NCBI GenBank assembly: GCA_038065655.1
Contig: JBBTQO010000015.1
Span: 1 to 48,010 of the forward strand
Source of the DNA: Patescibacteria group bacterium
GTDB lineage: Bacteria; Patescibacteriota; Minisyncoccia; Phycocordibacterales; WO2-35-19
DNA: 48,010 bases
Direction of reading: 5' to 3'
Made by a program: the position numbers and the translations under genes. The number at the start of each line of letters is the position of its first letter. Within the stretch, counting starts at the first letter, position 1. A model generated the notes under the pieces. It did no database searches, was not told the DNA's origin, and was given only the letters and a program-made list of their open reading frames with translations. Below, piece by piece: positions 29,201-38,094 of the stretch.

Positions 29201-29273
29201 GCCGTTGTAGCTCAGTTGGTAGAGCACGTCATTGGTAATGACGAGGTCAGCAGTTCAATCCTGCTCAACGGCT
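29201..29273 (+). tRNA. tRNA-Thr(GGT)
   Basis: GCCGTTG/CAACGGC stem, CGTCA-TTGGTAA-TGACG arm. Confidence 0.95.
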
Positions 29274-29393
29274 CCGCTATCAGAATGAAGGGTTTTTTGG
29301 CGGGATTTTGGCGGGCAGAGATGATACTTCTATTTCAAAACGAGGTGATGATGAGTTTGATGATTAACTAAAATAGTTTAAGATTGGAATATC

Positions 29394-29466
29394 GCCGACT
29401 TAGCTCATCTGGTAGAGCAGCGGTATCGTAAACCGCAGGTGGTCGGTTCAAGTCCGACAGTCGGCC
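29394..29466 (+). tRNA. tRNA-Thr(CGT)
   Basis: GCCGACT/AGTCGGC stem, GCGGT-ATCGTAA-ACCGC arm. Confidence 0.93.
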
Positions 29467-29629
29467 CCTTTATTTATTTTATGGTATACTCATTCTAGGC
29501 CATGAGAATTGACAACTCTCAGTAGAGACCTTTGTCAACCGTGGGGAGAGGCAAGGTGGATTCGTGGCGAGCGAATCCGAGACCCTTGTTTCTCCAGCGG
29601 TTTTTTGTTTGTTTTGGTATACTCATATT

Positions 29630-30547
29630 ATGGATAGTGAAAAGGTAAATATAGAGCAAAAAATTGAGGAACTTGAAAAACAGATGATAGAACCTGATTT
29701 TTGGGCTGACAAAGATAGAGCTCAAGCAGTCATCAAAGAAATTCAAAAATTAAAAGGGTGGGCCGGAGGCGAAGCCGAAGGGTATGATAAAGGGGATGCG
29801 GTGATGACCATTTTTTCTGGCGCTGGCGGTGATGACTCCGAAGATTTTTCGGCCATGCTCCTCCGGATGTATTTTAAATATTTTGAAAATAAGGGTTGGG
29901 GCTATTCTATTTTGCATGAAAATCAAAATGATCATGGGGGATATAGGAATATAACAGTTGAAATCTTAGGCAATCCCTCGACAGGCTCGGGACTAAGTGG
30001 TCCTTACGGCACACTTCGAAATGAGTCTGGGGTACACAGATTAGTGCGCATTTCTCCTTTTAATGCCAATGCCAAGAGGCACACTTCTTTTTCAATGGTG
30101 GAGGTGATTCCTAAGTTTGATAAAAATAATTTGAATGATATTGAATTGGATGAAAGCGAATTAAAAATTGAGTTATCGAGATCGAGTGGCCCAGGTGGGC
30201 AAAATGTAAATAAGAGAGAAACAGCTGTTAGAATTGTTCATATACCAACCAATATTTCGGCTCAAGCTGATGGCGAAAGAAGTCAGGCTCAAAATAAAGA
30301 AAAAGCGCTAGCTGTTTTGAAGGGTAAAATTTTTAAAGCTCTAGAAGAAAAAAGGATTGAAAAGCAAGAAAATATGTATATCAGCAAAACTACTGAAGTG
30401 GCCTGGGGCAACCAGATTCGCTCTTACGTTTTGCATCCTTACAAAATGGTCAAAGACCACCGCACCAATATTGAGACCAGCGATATCTCCGGTGTTTTGG
30501 AAGAAGGAAAGTTGGATGAGTTTATTTCAGCTGAGCAAAAACTTTAG
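29630..30547 (+). CDS. prfB: peptide chain release factor 2 (short domain 1)
   Basis: GVHRLVRISPF (SPF), GPGGQNVNK, WGNQIRSYVLHPY; TATACT just before ATG29630. Confidence 0.93.
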   Translation: MDSEKVNIEQKIEELEKQMIEPDFWADKDRAQAVIKEIQKLKGWAGGEAEGYDKGDAVMTIFSGAGGDDSEDFSAMLLRMYFKYFENKGWGYSILHENQNDHGGYRNITVEILGNPSTGSGLSGPYGTLRNESGVHRLVRISPFNANAKRHTSFSMVEVIPKFDKNNLNDIELDESELKIELSRSSGPGGQNVNKRETAVRIVHIPTNISAQADGERSQAQNKEKALAVLKGKIFKALEEKRIEKQENMYISKTTEVAWGNQIRSYVLHPYKMVKDHRTNIETSDISGVLEEGKLDEFISAEQKL

Positions 30548-30567
30548 AAATATGGTATAATAGAAAT

Positions 30568-30846
30568 ATGACTATCCATGAATTTATAAAAGAAAGGCCT
30601 TATCTTGTTTGGTATGTGGGCAAAAAAGACCTAGACCGACTTGATGAACCATCCATTGTTGAGCATGTTTTGAATTACGGCAATTGGGATAATGTGCAAA
30701 AAATGATTAAAATTTTAGGTTTAAAAAAGACTGCTGAAATTTTTTACAAAAAATCTACACCTGATAAATTTGGCAGACAAAATTATCGTCCGGAAATTAA
30801 ACATTATTTTCAGTTGTATTTTAATAAGCATATTCAAAATGCATAA
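30568..30846 (+). CDS. putative antitoxin partner of AbiEii-type toxin
   Basis: YLVWYV..IVEHVLNYGNWD; translationally coupled to the AbiEii-like remnant. Confidence 0.65.
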   Translation: MTIHEFIKERPYLVWYVGKKDLDRLDEPSIVEHVLNYGNWDNVQKMIKILGLKKTAEIFYKKSTPDKFGRQNYRPEIKHYFQLYFNKHIQNA

Positions 30847-31196
30847 AGAAATTCTTACTGATGCACAAAATAAATTATTCAAAAAGTTTTGGCTATAGAA
30901 TAAAAATACCAAACCTCTTAACTCTAGCGGCTATGAAAGCCTTTGCTTTAGGGCAGCGAGCCAAGTGGAAAGATTATGTTGATTTGTACTTTATTATTAA
31001 AGACCATTTTTCGATTAGTCAAATTTCCCAAAAAAGCCAAGAAATTTTTGGGCCTGTGTTTAATGAAAAACTTTTCAGAAGCCAACTGGCTTATTTTGAT
31101 GGTATAAATTACGAAGAAGTTGTGAATTTTTTACCTGGCTTTGAAGTGACAGACGAAATAATCAAGCAAAAACTGATTGATTTTAGTTTGGAATAA
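30839..31196 (+). pseudogene. AbiEii/AbiGii nucleotidyltransferase toxin with internal deletion and frameshift
   Basis: Starts MHKEILTDAQ at 30839 and stops after 19 codons; another frame carries LAAMKAFALGQRAKWKDYVDLYFI; the N-terminal catalytic part (GGTAL-type motif) is missing. Confidence 0.75.
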
Positions 31197-31201
31197 GCTA
31201 T

Positions 31202-31230
31202 TGACAAAGTAGGGTGTTTGGGTGTATAAT
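31202..31230 (+). promoter_or_regulatory. consensus sigma70 promoter
   Basis: TTGACA 31202-31207, 17 nt, TATAAT 31225-31230; AGGAGG RBS downstream. Confidence 0.85.
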
Positions 31231-31250
31231 ATAGGTAGGAGGCGTTAGAA

Positions 31251-31853
31251 ATGAAGATTCTGACTCTTGTTTTTGTTTTTTTGTCGTTCTTGCTTCCCGC
31301 AGACGGCCAAACTGTTATTTTCGGTATGGACACATCGATATCGGCCGGCATGTCCTACAAAAATCCAGCCATCGGTGGTTTCGCTGATGTTCGCTTGGTA
31401 AAAGGCAGGTTAATCAGCATTAACATGATTGAACTGGCCAATGACCAAAAGGTGTTTGAGCCAAACGGCTCAACACTGCGTGGCAGAACCGAAGTTGGTG
31501 TTTTTATCACCCCGACGATCGTAGTGACTGGATTTGGCAGTTTTGCTCAACAAACGAATGTGGACTACACCAAAACGGCAGTGAATCCCGGAGTGGGTTT
31601 GCGTAAGTATTTTGGCAAAGGTCTTCAGGCCTATGCCAGATACGCACTCTCCGATGCTACTAGTCCCAACAAAATTAGTAGCATCGGGGGGGGGGTGGAG
31701 CAGTTTGTTCCATCAAGAAGGAGAATCGGTTTGTATTGGGGAGTATTCGAATCATTCACAACATTCATCCAACCAAACGAACCAGACCGATCTTTGCACG
31801 GATTCAACGTCTCGGGGCAAATCGGCATCTGGTTTTCCCGCTCAAAGGAGTAA
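31251..31853 (+). CDS. secreted beta-strand-rich (beta-barrel-like) protein
   Basis: Signal peptide ending ADG|Q; alternating strands; near-terminal GQIGIWF. Confidence 0.7.
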   Translation: MKILTLVFVFLSFLLPADGQTVIFGMDTSISAGMSYKNPAIGGFADVRLVKGRLISINMIELANDQKVFEPNGSTLRGRTEVGVFITPTIVVTGFGSFAQQTNVDYTKTAVNPGVGLRKYFGKGLQAYARYALSDATSPNKISSIGGGVEQFVPSRRRIGLYWGVFESFTTFIQPNEPDRSLHGFNVSGQIGIWFSRSKE

Positions 31854-31872
31854 TTTCCTCAGCTCCGCAACA

Positions 31873-31908
31873 GAAAAAGCCCCGCGCTTGCTGTTGCGGG
31901 GCTTTTTC
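31873..31908 (+). terminator. intrinsic terminator
   Basis: GAAAAAGCCCCGC / GCGGGGCTTTTTC. Confidence 0.85.
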
Positions 31909-31930
31909 GTTGGGTGGTTTTGTATGTAGC

Positions 31931-31986
31931 CCCTCACTTTCGCAAGGTGAGGGGCAGTTTTCCGTAAGGAAAACAGGGTGGGGTCG
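31931..31986 (-). repeat. ~55-bp REP-like element, copy 2
   Basis: Reverse complement matches 3295-3349 with about 4 substitutions and 1 indel. Confidence 0.85.
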
Positions 31987-31995
31987 AGGAACTTT

Positions 31996-32035
31996 GAGGG
32001 TGACCCTTTGGGCAGGGTCTTCAAGGGTCACCCTC
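31996..32035. repeat. REP doublet related to the ligA insert
   Basis: GAGGGTGACCCTT / AAGGGTCACCCTC around loop TGGGCAGGGTCTTC (ligA loop AGGGGCAAGGGTCTTC). Confidence 0.8.
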
Positions 32036-32071
32036 TGGGACAGGAAATTTCAAATCTGATATAATAAACTT

Positions 32072-32755
32072 ATGTCTATCATCTTTGATAATGTTTCAAA
32101 AAAATATAGCGATAACTGTCTCGCCTTAGACCAAGTTTCTTTTGTTATCAAACCAAATGAATTTGTTTCATTTGTTGGGCCATCAGGGGCGGGTAAAACC
32201 ACGCTATTAAAAATGCTTTTGGCAGAAGAGAAACCAACTAATGGCAAAGTGATGCTCCACGATATGGATATCAATTTTCTTTCCAGTAAAGATATAAATT
32301 TTATGAGGAGGAAAATTGGAGCAGTTTTTCAAGATTTTCGTCTTTTGCCTCAAAAAAATGTTTATGAAAATATTGCTTTCGCTATGGAAGCGGCTGGCCG
32401 ACCAGACGAGGAGATAGAGTCTGATGTGCCCCACGTTTTGGAATTGGTAGATTTGGGCAATAAAATTTGGAATTTTCCCAAAGAACTTTCGGGTGGGGAA
32501 AAACAGCGGGTGGCTATTGCTCGAGCAATCGTCAACCAACCTGATATAATTATTGCAGATGAGCCGACTGGCAATTTAGATCCGGCCAATACTTATGATA
32601 TTGTTCAGATTTTAAAGAAAATAAATGATCTGGGTACGACAGTAATCCTGACTACTCACAACAAAGGAGTGATAGACTCAATTGACAGGCGAGTAATTAC
32701 TATGCAGGAAGGTAGGGTTATAAGAGATGATATGACGGGGAAATATATATTATAA
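32072..32755 (+). CDS. ftsE: cell division ABC ATPase FtsE
   Basis: [40 protein letters not shown]. Confidence 0.95.
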   Translation: MSIIFDNVSKKYSDNCLALDQVSFVIKPNEFVSFVGPSGAGKTTLLKMLLAEEKPTNGKVMLHDMDINFLSSKDINFMRRKIGAVFQDFRLLPQKNVYENIAFAMEAAGRPDEEIESDVPHVLELVDLGNKIWNFPKELSGGEKQRVAIARAIVNQPDIIIADEPTGNLDPANTYDIVQILKKINDLGTTVILTTHNKGVIDSIDRRVITMQEGRVIRDDMTGKYIL

Positions 32756-32756
32756 A

Positions 32757-33695
32757 ATGGAAAAAACAGAATTTAAAACAAAATTAAGAAGAATTACCAA
32801 AGCGGGTTTTTTTAATTTTTGGCGCAGTGGCTATGTTTCACTTGCTTCAGTGTTGGTGATGGTGGTTACTTTGTCAGTCATCGGCTCAGTTATTTTTGTC
32901 AGCGCTGTTTTGAATATCACAATGGAAGAATTGCGTAACAAAGTTGATATAAATGTGTACTTTATTACTACTAGTTTAGAAAAAGACATTCTTTCCTTAA
33001 AAACAAAAATTGAGTCTTTGCCGGAAGTTTCCAGTGTGAAATATGTCAGCCGAGAAACTGCCTTAGAAAACTTTAGATTAAGACATGAAAACGACCAGAT
33101 TACTCTTCAAGCTCTAGATGAATTGGGGGACAACCCTCTCGGAGCAACTCTAAACATAAAGGCACTGGAGCCTTCCCAATACGAGGGCATCGCCAACTTT
33201 TTAAATGAAGAAAATATTCTTTCTTCGGAGGGCGAAAAAATAATTGATAAAATTAATTATTTTGAAAATAAGATAGCTATAAACAAACTTTCCCGAATTA
33301 TAAATTCAGCTGAACGTTTGGGGCTAGTGCTTTCTTTGGCTTTGATCGTTGTGTCGATTGTCATTACTTTAAATACTATTCGACTGACGATATATATTTC
33401 TCGAGAGGAAATTTCGGTGATGCAGTTGGTAGGAGCTAGCAAGAATTATGTGAAAGGGCCTTTCGTGGTAACTGGAATATTGGTTGGTCTGATTTCCGGA
33501 CTGATTACAATGCTTCTGTTTTTTCCTATATCTTATTGGCTCGGCGGAATGACCGAGAATTTTTTCATTGGATTTAATATTTTTAGTTATTATTTAGGTA
33601 ATTTTTTCCAGATTCTTTTTATTGTTGTTGGATCGGGGGTGGCTATCGGAGCGGTGTCAAGTTTCTTGGCAGTTCGTAAGTATTTGAAATTGTAA
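32757..33695 (+). CDS. ftsX: cell division permease FtsX
   Basis: NPL, NTIRLTIY..REEISVMQLVGAS..VKGPF, VRKYL. Confidence 0.93.
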   Translation: MEKTEFKTKLRRITKAGFFNFWRSGYVSLASVLVMVVTLSVIGSVIFVSAVLNITMEELRNKVDINVYFITTSLEKDILSLKTKIESLPEVSSVKYVSRETALENFRLRHENDQITLQALDELGDNPLGATLNIKALEPSQYEGIANFLNEENILSSEGEKIIDKINYFENKIAINKLSRIINSAERLGLVLSLALIVVSIVITLNTIRLTIYISREEISVMQLVGASKNYVKGPFVVTGILVGLISGLITMLLFFPISYWLGGMTENFFIGFNIFSYYLGNFFQILFIVVGSGVAIGAVSSFLAVRKYLKL

Positions 33696-33708
33696 GATCT
33701 TTAACGGA

Positions 33709-35409
33709 ATGAAAAAGAAAAATCATAAATACATATTTGTAGTGGGGGGAGTTATGTCTGGAGTCGGCAAGGGTATTGCCTCATCATCTATTGGTAAAAT
33801 TCTTCAATCTAAAGGTTTTCGGGTGAACCCCATCAAGGTTGACCCTTATTTAAATGTGGATGCTGGCAATATGAATCCAACCGAACATGGTGAAGTTTTT
33901 GTGCTTGATTCTGGTTTAGAGACTGACCAGGATTTAGGAAATTATGAAAGATTTTTGGAAATAAACCTCTCCGATGATGACTATATGACCTCGGGGATGA
34001 TTTATAAACACGTGATAGAAAAAGAGAGAAGTTTAGGATATAGAGGCAAATGTGTAGAAGCCATCCCTCATATCACCGAAGAGATTATCCGTAGATGGAA
34101 AAAAGCAGCCGATAATCATGAATCAGACGTTTCTCTTATTGAGATTGGTGGTACCATTGGCGATTACCAAAATATTCTTTTTATTGAAGCCGCCAGAACT
34201 CTCAAAATAAAATACTCTCAAGATGTGATGTTTGTGATGGTCTCATATTTGCCGGTGCCGGGCTCATTGGGAGAGATGAAAACTCGTCCAACTCAAAATG
34301 CAGTCCGTCAATTAAATTCTTATGGCGTCCAGCCAGATATAATTATTGCTCGTGGAGTGCAACCTCTTGATATTAGAAGAAAAGAAAAGATCGCTATGGC
34401 CTGCGCCCTGCCGGTAGAAAATATTATTTCTGCTCCGGATATTAAGAGTGTCTACGATGTGCCGTTAAATTTTGAAAAAGATAAAATTGGTTCGGTTATT
34501 TTAAAAGCGCTTCATATGCGTACCAAATCTCACAATGGCGATTTAGAGGAATGGAAAAAATTTGTTCAAAAATCAAAAAATAGTAAAAAAGAATTAGAGA
34601 TAGCGGTAGTTGGTAAATATTTTGATACAGGTGATTTTGTGCTTTCTGATGCTTATGTTTCTGTCATTGAAGCTATCAAATTTTCTTCCTATTGGGCCGG
34701 GGCGCAAGTTAAACTAACCTGGATAAATTCAAAAGAATATGAAATTAACACCAGGAAAATTTCAGAGCTTAAAAATTATGATGGGATAATTGTGCCAGGT
34801 GGTTTTGGTGAAAGTGGAGTAGAAGGAGTGCTCGTGGCCATAGAATATGCTCGCAAAAATAAGATTCCATACCTGGGACTTTGTTATGGAATGCAATTGG
34901 CGGTTATAGAATTTTGCCGAAATGTTTTGGGTTGGGAAGACGCCCACACCGCCGAAATAAATCCAAAATCCTCTAAGGTGGTGATAGATATTATGCCGGA
35001 ACAAAAGAAACTGCTAGCCGAAAATAAATATGGCGCGACTATGCGACTAGGCAGCTACCCAGCTGTATTAAAAAAGGGGACTTTAGCTTATGAAGCATAC
35101 TTGTCCGCCGAAGTTTTAAAGAAGGAAGATGATAAAAATGAAATTTCTGAAAGACATCGTCATCGTTATGAAGTTAATCCAGAATATATCACCGACATAG
35201 AAAATGCAGGGATGATTTTTTCGGGAACATCACCAGATAACAGACTTATGGAAATTGCCGAATTACCAAAATCTGTTCATCCATTTTTCCTTGGCACCCA
35301 ATTTCATCCCGAATTTAAGGCCAGACCAATTCATCCGCACCCACTTTTTTCAGCATTTGTGGAGGCTTGTTTAGATGATAAAAAAAGAAAAGATACTTTG
35401 TTTAATTAG
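33709..35409 (+). CDS. pyrG: CTP synthase
   Basis: GGVMSGVGKG, DPYLNVDAG, PGGFG, GLCYGMQ, ERHRHRYE, QFHPE. Confidence 0.98.
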   Translation: MKKKNHKYIFVVGGVMSGVGKGIASSSIGKILQSKGFRVNPIKVDPYLNVDAGNMNPTEHGEVFVLDSGLETDQDLGNYERFLEINLSDDDYMTSGMIYKHVIEKERSLGYRGKCVEAIPHITEEIIRRWKKAADNHESDVSLIEIGGTIGDYQNILFIEAARTLKIKYSQDVMFVMVSYLPVPGSLGEMKTRPTQNAVRQLNSYGVQPDIIIARGVQPLDIRRKEKIAMACALPVENIISAPDIKSVYDVPLNFEKDKIGSVILKALHMRTKSHNGDLEEWKKFVQKSKNSKKELEIAVVGKYFDTGDFVLSDAYVSVIEAIKFSSYWAGAQVKLTWINSKEYEINTRKISELKNYDGIIVPGGFGESGVEGVLVAIEYARKNKIPYLGLCYGMQLAVIEFCRNVLGWEDAHTAEINPKSSKVVIDIMPEQKKLLAENKYGATMRLGSYPAVLKKGTLAYEAYLSAEVLKKEDDKNEISERHRHRYEVNPEYITDIENAGMIFSGTSPDNRLMEIAELPKSVHPFFLGTQFHPEFKARPIHPHPLFSAFVEACLDDKKRKDTLFN

Positions 35410-35486
35410 ACGCCTATTTTCCTCCTCTGAGAAAGGCGACGCTTTTTTATTGTAAAAAAGAGATTTTTTTGGTACTTTTAGCACAT

Positions 35487-35557
35487 TGGGAGATCGTCTA
35501 ACGGTAGGACAGCGGACTCTGAATCCGCTAATCTAGGTTCGAGCCCTAGTCTCCCAG
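35487..35557 (+). tRNA. tRNA-Gln(CTG)
   Basis: TGGGAGA/TCTCCCA stem, GCGGA-CTCTGAA-TCCGC arm. Confidence 0.95.
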
Positions 35558-35598
35558 CCCGAATAAAACAAGTTTTATTATTTGTATATATTAAACTA

Positions 35599-35700
35599 TA
35601 GACAGAAACCAGCTTCACTTATGCGATGCGGCCAAGTGGGCCTGGAGCCTCTGTTCAGTTGACTTTGGGCGCCTCACCTCCGGGTGGCGCGCCCTTTTTT
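35599..35700 (+). ncRNA. candidate ~100-nt structured small RNA
   Basis: GC-rich interrupted hairpin 35602-35654, then terminator 35667-35700; -10-like TATATT at 35587-35592. Confidence 0.45.
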
Positions 35701-35751
35701 ATGCATAAAATTAAATTTGGGTTTAAAAATTAAAAATGCTAGAATAGTCAA

Positions 35752-36378
35752 ATGAAAACTTTTATTTGGATAGGGGGAATCATAATAATATTAATAGCCC
35801 TAATGGTTTGGGGAGTGGGGGGGACAAGTGTTAGCACTTCTTTTGAAGTAGGGGCTGTTAATCTAATAGATAATGTGAAAGGCAATGCTAGCTCAAGTGT
35901 AGTCATAATTGAATACAGTGATTTCCAATGCCCAGCTTGTCGCACCTACTACTCAATAACAAGGCAACTTATGGCTGAGTTTGGTGGAGAGGTTGCCTTT
36001 GTTTACAGACATTTTCCCCTTACTGGTATTCACGCCAATGCAGAGTTAGCGGCAAGAGCGGCGCAGGCCGCTGGCAAACAAGGCAAATTTTGGGAAATGC
36101 ATGACCTTTTATTTGAGAAACAAGATGAGTGGTCTAAAATGGCCAATATCCAACCCATTTTTGAATCCTATGCCACTCTTCTAGGAATATCAGTTGAACA
36201 ATTTAAGATTGACTGGGCTTCACAAGAAGTTAAAGATTTTGTTAGGGCTCAGAGAAATAATGCCATAAAATTAGGCCTGCAAGGCACACCAACATTTTTT
36301 GTAAATGGTAAGCAAATTCAAAACCCTACCTCAGTTGAAGAATTTAGGTCAATTATTCAGAAAGCATTACAAAATTAA
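35752..36378 (+). CDS. DsbA-family thiol-disulfide oxidoreductase
   Basis: EYSDFQCPAC, YRHFPL, QGKFWEMHD, GTPTFFVNG. Confidence 0.93.
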   Translation: MKTFIWIGGIIIILIALMVWGVGGTSVSTSFEVGAVNLIDNVKGNASSSVVIIEYSDFQCPACRTYYSITRQLMAEFGGEVAFVYRHFPLTGIHANAELAARAAQAAGKQGKFWEMHDLLFEKQDEWSKMANIQPIFESYATLLGISVEQFKIDWASQEVKDFVRAQRNNAIKLGLQGTPTFFVNGKQIQNPTSVEEFRSIIQKALQN

Positions 36379-36438
36379 GCGAATTATTTATTAACAGCTT
36401 TAACTTGGCTATATCTTACATAGTTGTAAAATATAGGT

Positions 36439-36741
36439 ATGAGTTATTCTGATATTTATCTTGCCGTTGCTTCAGTCGCCACTATTACGGTGGCCGGGCT
36501 TTTAATTTTAGGCTTGATGTATGTCCTGGCTATTCTTTATGATGTCAAAAAACTTTCCAAACTGGCCAGAAAAGAAGCCGAATTTATTGCTCGAAGTTTT
36601 GCCAAAGGGGCTAGTATTTTAGGTAGCGAACTCTCTAGTGAAGCATCTGGCTTTGTTAGAACTATTTTTACTTTACTTATTTCTCAATTTGCTAAACCAA
36701 AAAGTTTTAAATCTAGAAAAAGAAAAATCTTAAATTCTTAA
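36439..36741 (+). CDS. hypothetical membrane protein
   Basis: N-terminal TM helix, basic C-terminus. Confidence 0.7.
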   Translation: MSYSDIYLAVASVATITVAGLLILGLMYVLAILYDVKKLSKLARKEAEFIARSFAKGASILGSELSSEASGFVRTIFTLLISQFAKPKSFKSRKRKILNS

Positions 36742-36747
36742 TTAAAT

Positions 36748-37251
36748 ATGTCAAAAATATTAAAATCTTTTTTATATATTGCTATCTGTGCCTTTGCTTT
36801 CGTAATAATAATGAAAGCTTATAGTTCTTCATTTGCCTCTAAAACAGCCACTGTTTTTGAATGGGAGAAAGAGGTTAGTATTTATTTGAGCAATAGCAAA
36901 ATGGGCTCAAGTGATGATTGTACCTTGGTCTTTTCAGTCACTCGTAAAATTTTAAATGCTGAAACTTTTGGCCCAGGCGCTCTAGAGGCATTACTCAAAG
37001 GCCCAACTTTGGAGGATAAGGAAAATGGATACACAACATCAATAAACGATAATGTTTTAATTCAAAGATTTGAAATTTTAGACAATGTAGCCTATGTTGA
37101 TTTTAATTCTCGTTTTAATGAAAGGATGGGCGGTTCCTGTCGAGTTCAAGCAATTAAATCTCAAATAGAAAATACTTTAAACGCTCTGTCCGATATTGAT
37201 TCGGTGGTTATTTCAGTAAATGGCGAGACCGAAGGCATTTTAGAGCCGTAA
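36748..37251 (+). CDS. GerMN-domain protein
   Basis: ALEALLKGPT, AYVDFN, GGSCRV..I..QIENTL, VVISVNG. Confidence 0.85.
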   Translation: MSKILKSFLYIAICAFAFVIIMKAYSSSFASKTATVFEWEKEVSIYLSNSKMGSSDDCTLVFSVTRKILNAETFGPGALEALLKGPTLEDKENGYTTSINDNVLIQRFEILDNVAYVDFNSRFNERMGGSCRVQAIKSQIENTLNALSDIDSVVISVNGETEGILEP

Positions 37252-37258
37252 AATGAGG

Positions 37259-37285
37259 TGACCCCGGTCTTTTGAACCGGGGTCA
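37259..37285. terminator. hairpin terminator between convergent units
   Basis: TGACCCCGGT / ACCGGGGTCA. Confidence 0.75.
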
Positions 37286-37432
37286 TTTGTCTTGTTCCTC
37301 CTTTGGAACATTATTCCCTAGAGTGGGACTGTCATGACCCTCCTCTTTCGGATCCTTTTTTTCTCTTTTTATTGGAACATTTCCCCACTTGGGGCTGACT
37401 CCAACAATCTTAAAGAGCTTTTCTGGTAGCAT
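37283..37432 (-). CDS. candidate 49-aa small protein (below ORF-track cutoff)
   Basis: MLPEKLFKIVGVSPKWGNVPIKREKKDPKEEGHDSPTLGNNVPKEEQDK*; minus-strand TTGACT/TATAAT upstream; ends in the terminator. Confidence 0.4.
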   Translation of the reverse strand: MLPEKLFKIVGVSPKWGNVPIKREKKDPKEEGHDSPTLGNNVPKEEQDK

Positions 37433-37576
37433 ACTCATATATTATAATAATTATTAAAAATAGTCAATTACATTGTCGCCGCAAGACCTCCTCGGCTATC
37501 TTGCTCAGAATTATAGACCTCCTCCTGCAAGCTTAAAATATCATGATTAGCAAAATTTTTGTGTTCTCTGACAATC

Positions 37577-38089
37577 TCAGCAATTTCTTCTGCTGTTGGT
37601 GGAGAACTTTTCACTTTTTATCCCTCTTGAATCTATATTAAATCTTCCAGTAACCAAATCTTCTCTTACTTGACCAAAAATTTCGGACATTTTACTACTC
37701 GATCTAATGTAATCTAAAAATTTTTTACCTAGTTGCCTTATAACATTGTCCATATCACTTTCTGTGAGATTAATACATCTCTCTACCAAAATATTTTCAA
37801 CCTCAGCAAATTTAATGACACTACTGCCTTGTGTTTTTGCTACGACAGCTTGAAATATTTTATCTAACAGATTTCTATCTTCTAATATGCTTTTTCTTGC
37901 TTCTGTTAGCAATTCATCATATTCACTTCTTTTTATATTGTTGAGATTGACTGGTATCTCCAAATCTTTCACTTCTTCCTTATGACCCGGAAATTTACCA
38001 GCCTTGGTATGAGCGTCTTTTTCCAACAACGATATTCTTGGCCTAGATGGCGGGGTTGGAGTTGGGCCGTTTTCAATTTGCATTTTCAT
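37577..38089 (-). CDS. hypothetical protein
   Basis: 170-aa ORF directly downstream of the MFS gene. Confidence 0.6.
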   Translation of the reverse strand: MKMQIENGPTPTPPSRPRISLLEKDAHTKAGKFPGHKEEVKDLEIPVNLNNIKRSEYDELLTEARKSILEDRNLLDKIFQAVVAKTQGSSVIKFAEVENILVERCINLTESDMDNVIRQLGKKFLDYIRSSSKMSEIFGQVREDLVTGRFNIDSRGIKSEKFSTNSRRNC

Positions 38090-38094
38090 ATTAT

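Noticed and set aside
29470-29630. prfB programmed frameshift or longer N-terminus from GTG29564
   Set aside because: No CTTTGA site; the 22 extra codons are not RF2-like and contain the -10 box.
31612-32059. Several short ORFs over the terminator and REP cluster
   Set aside because: Open frames arise from GC-rich palindromes; not gene-like.
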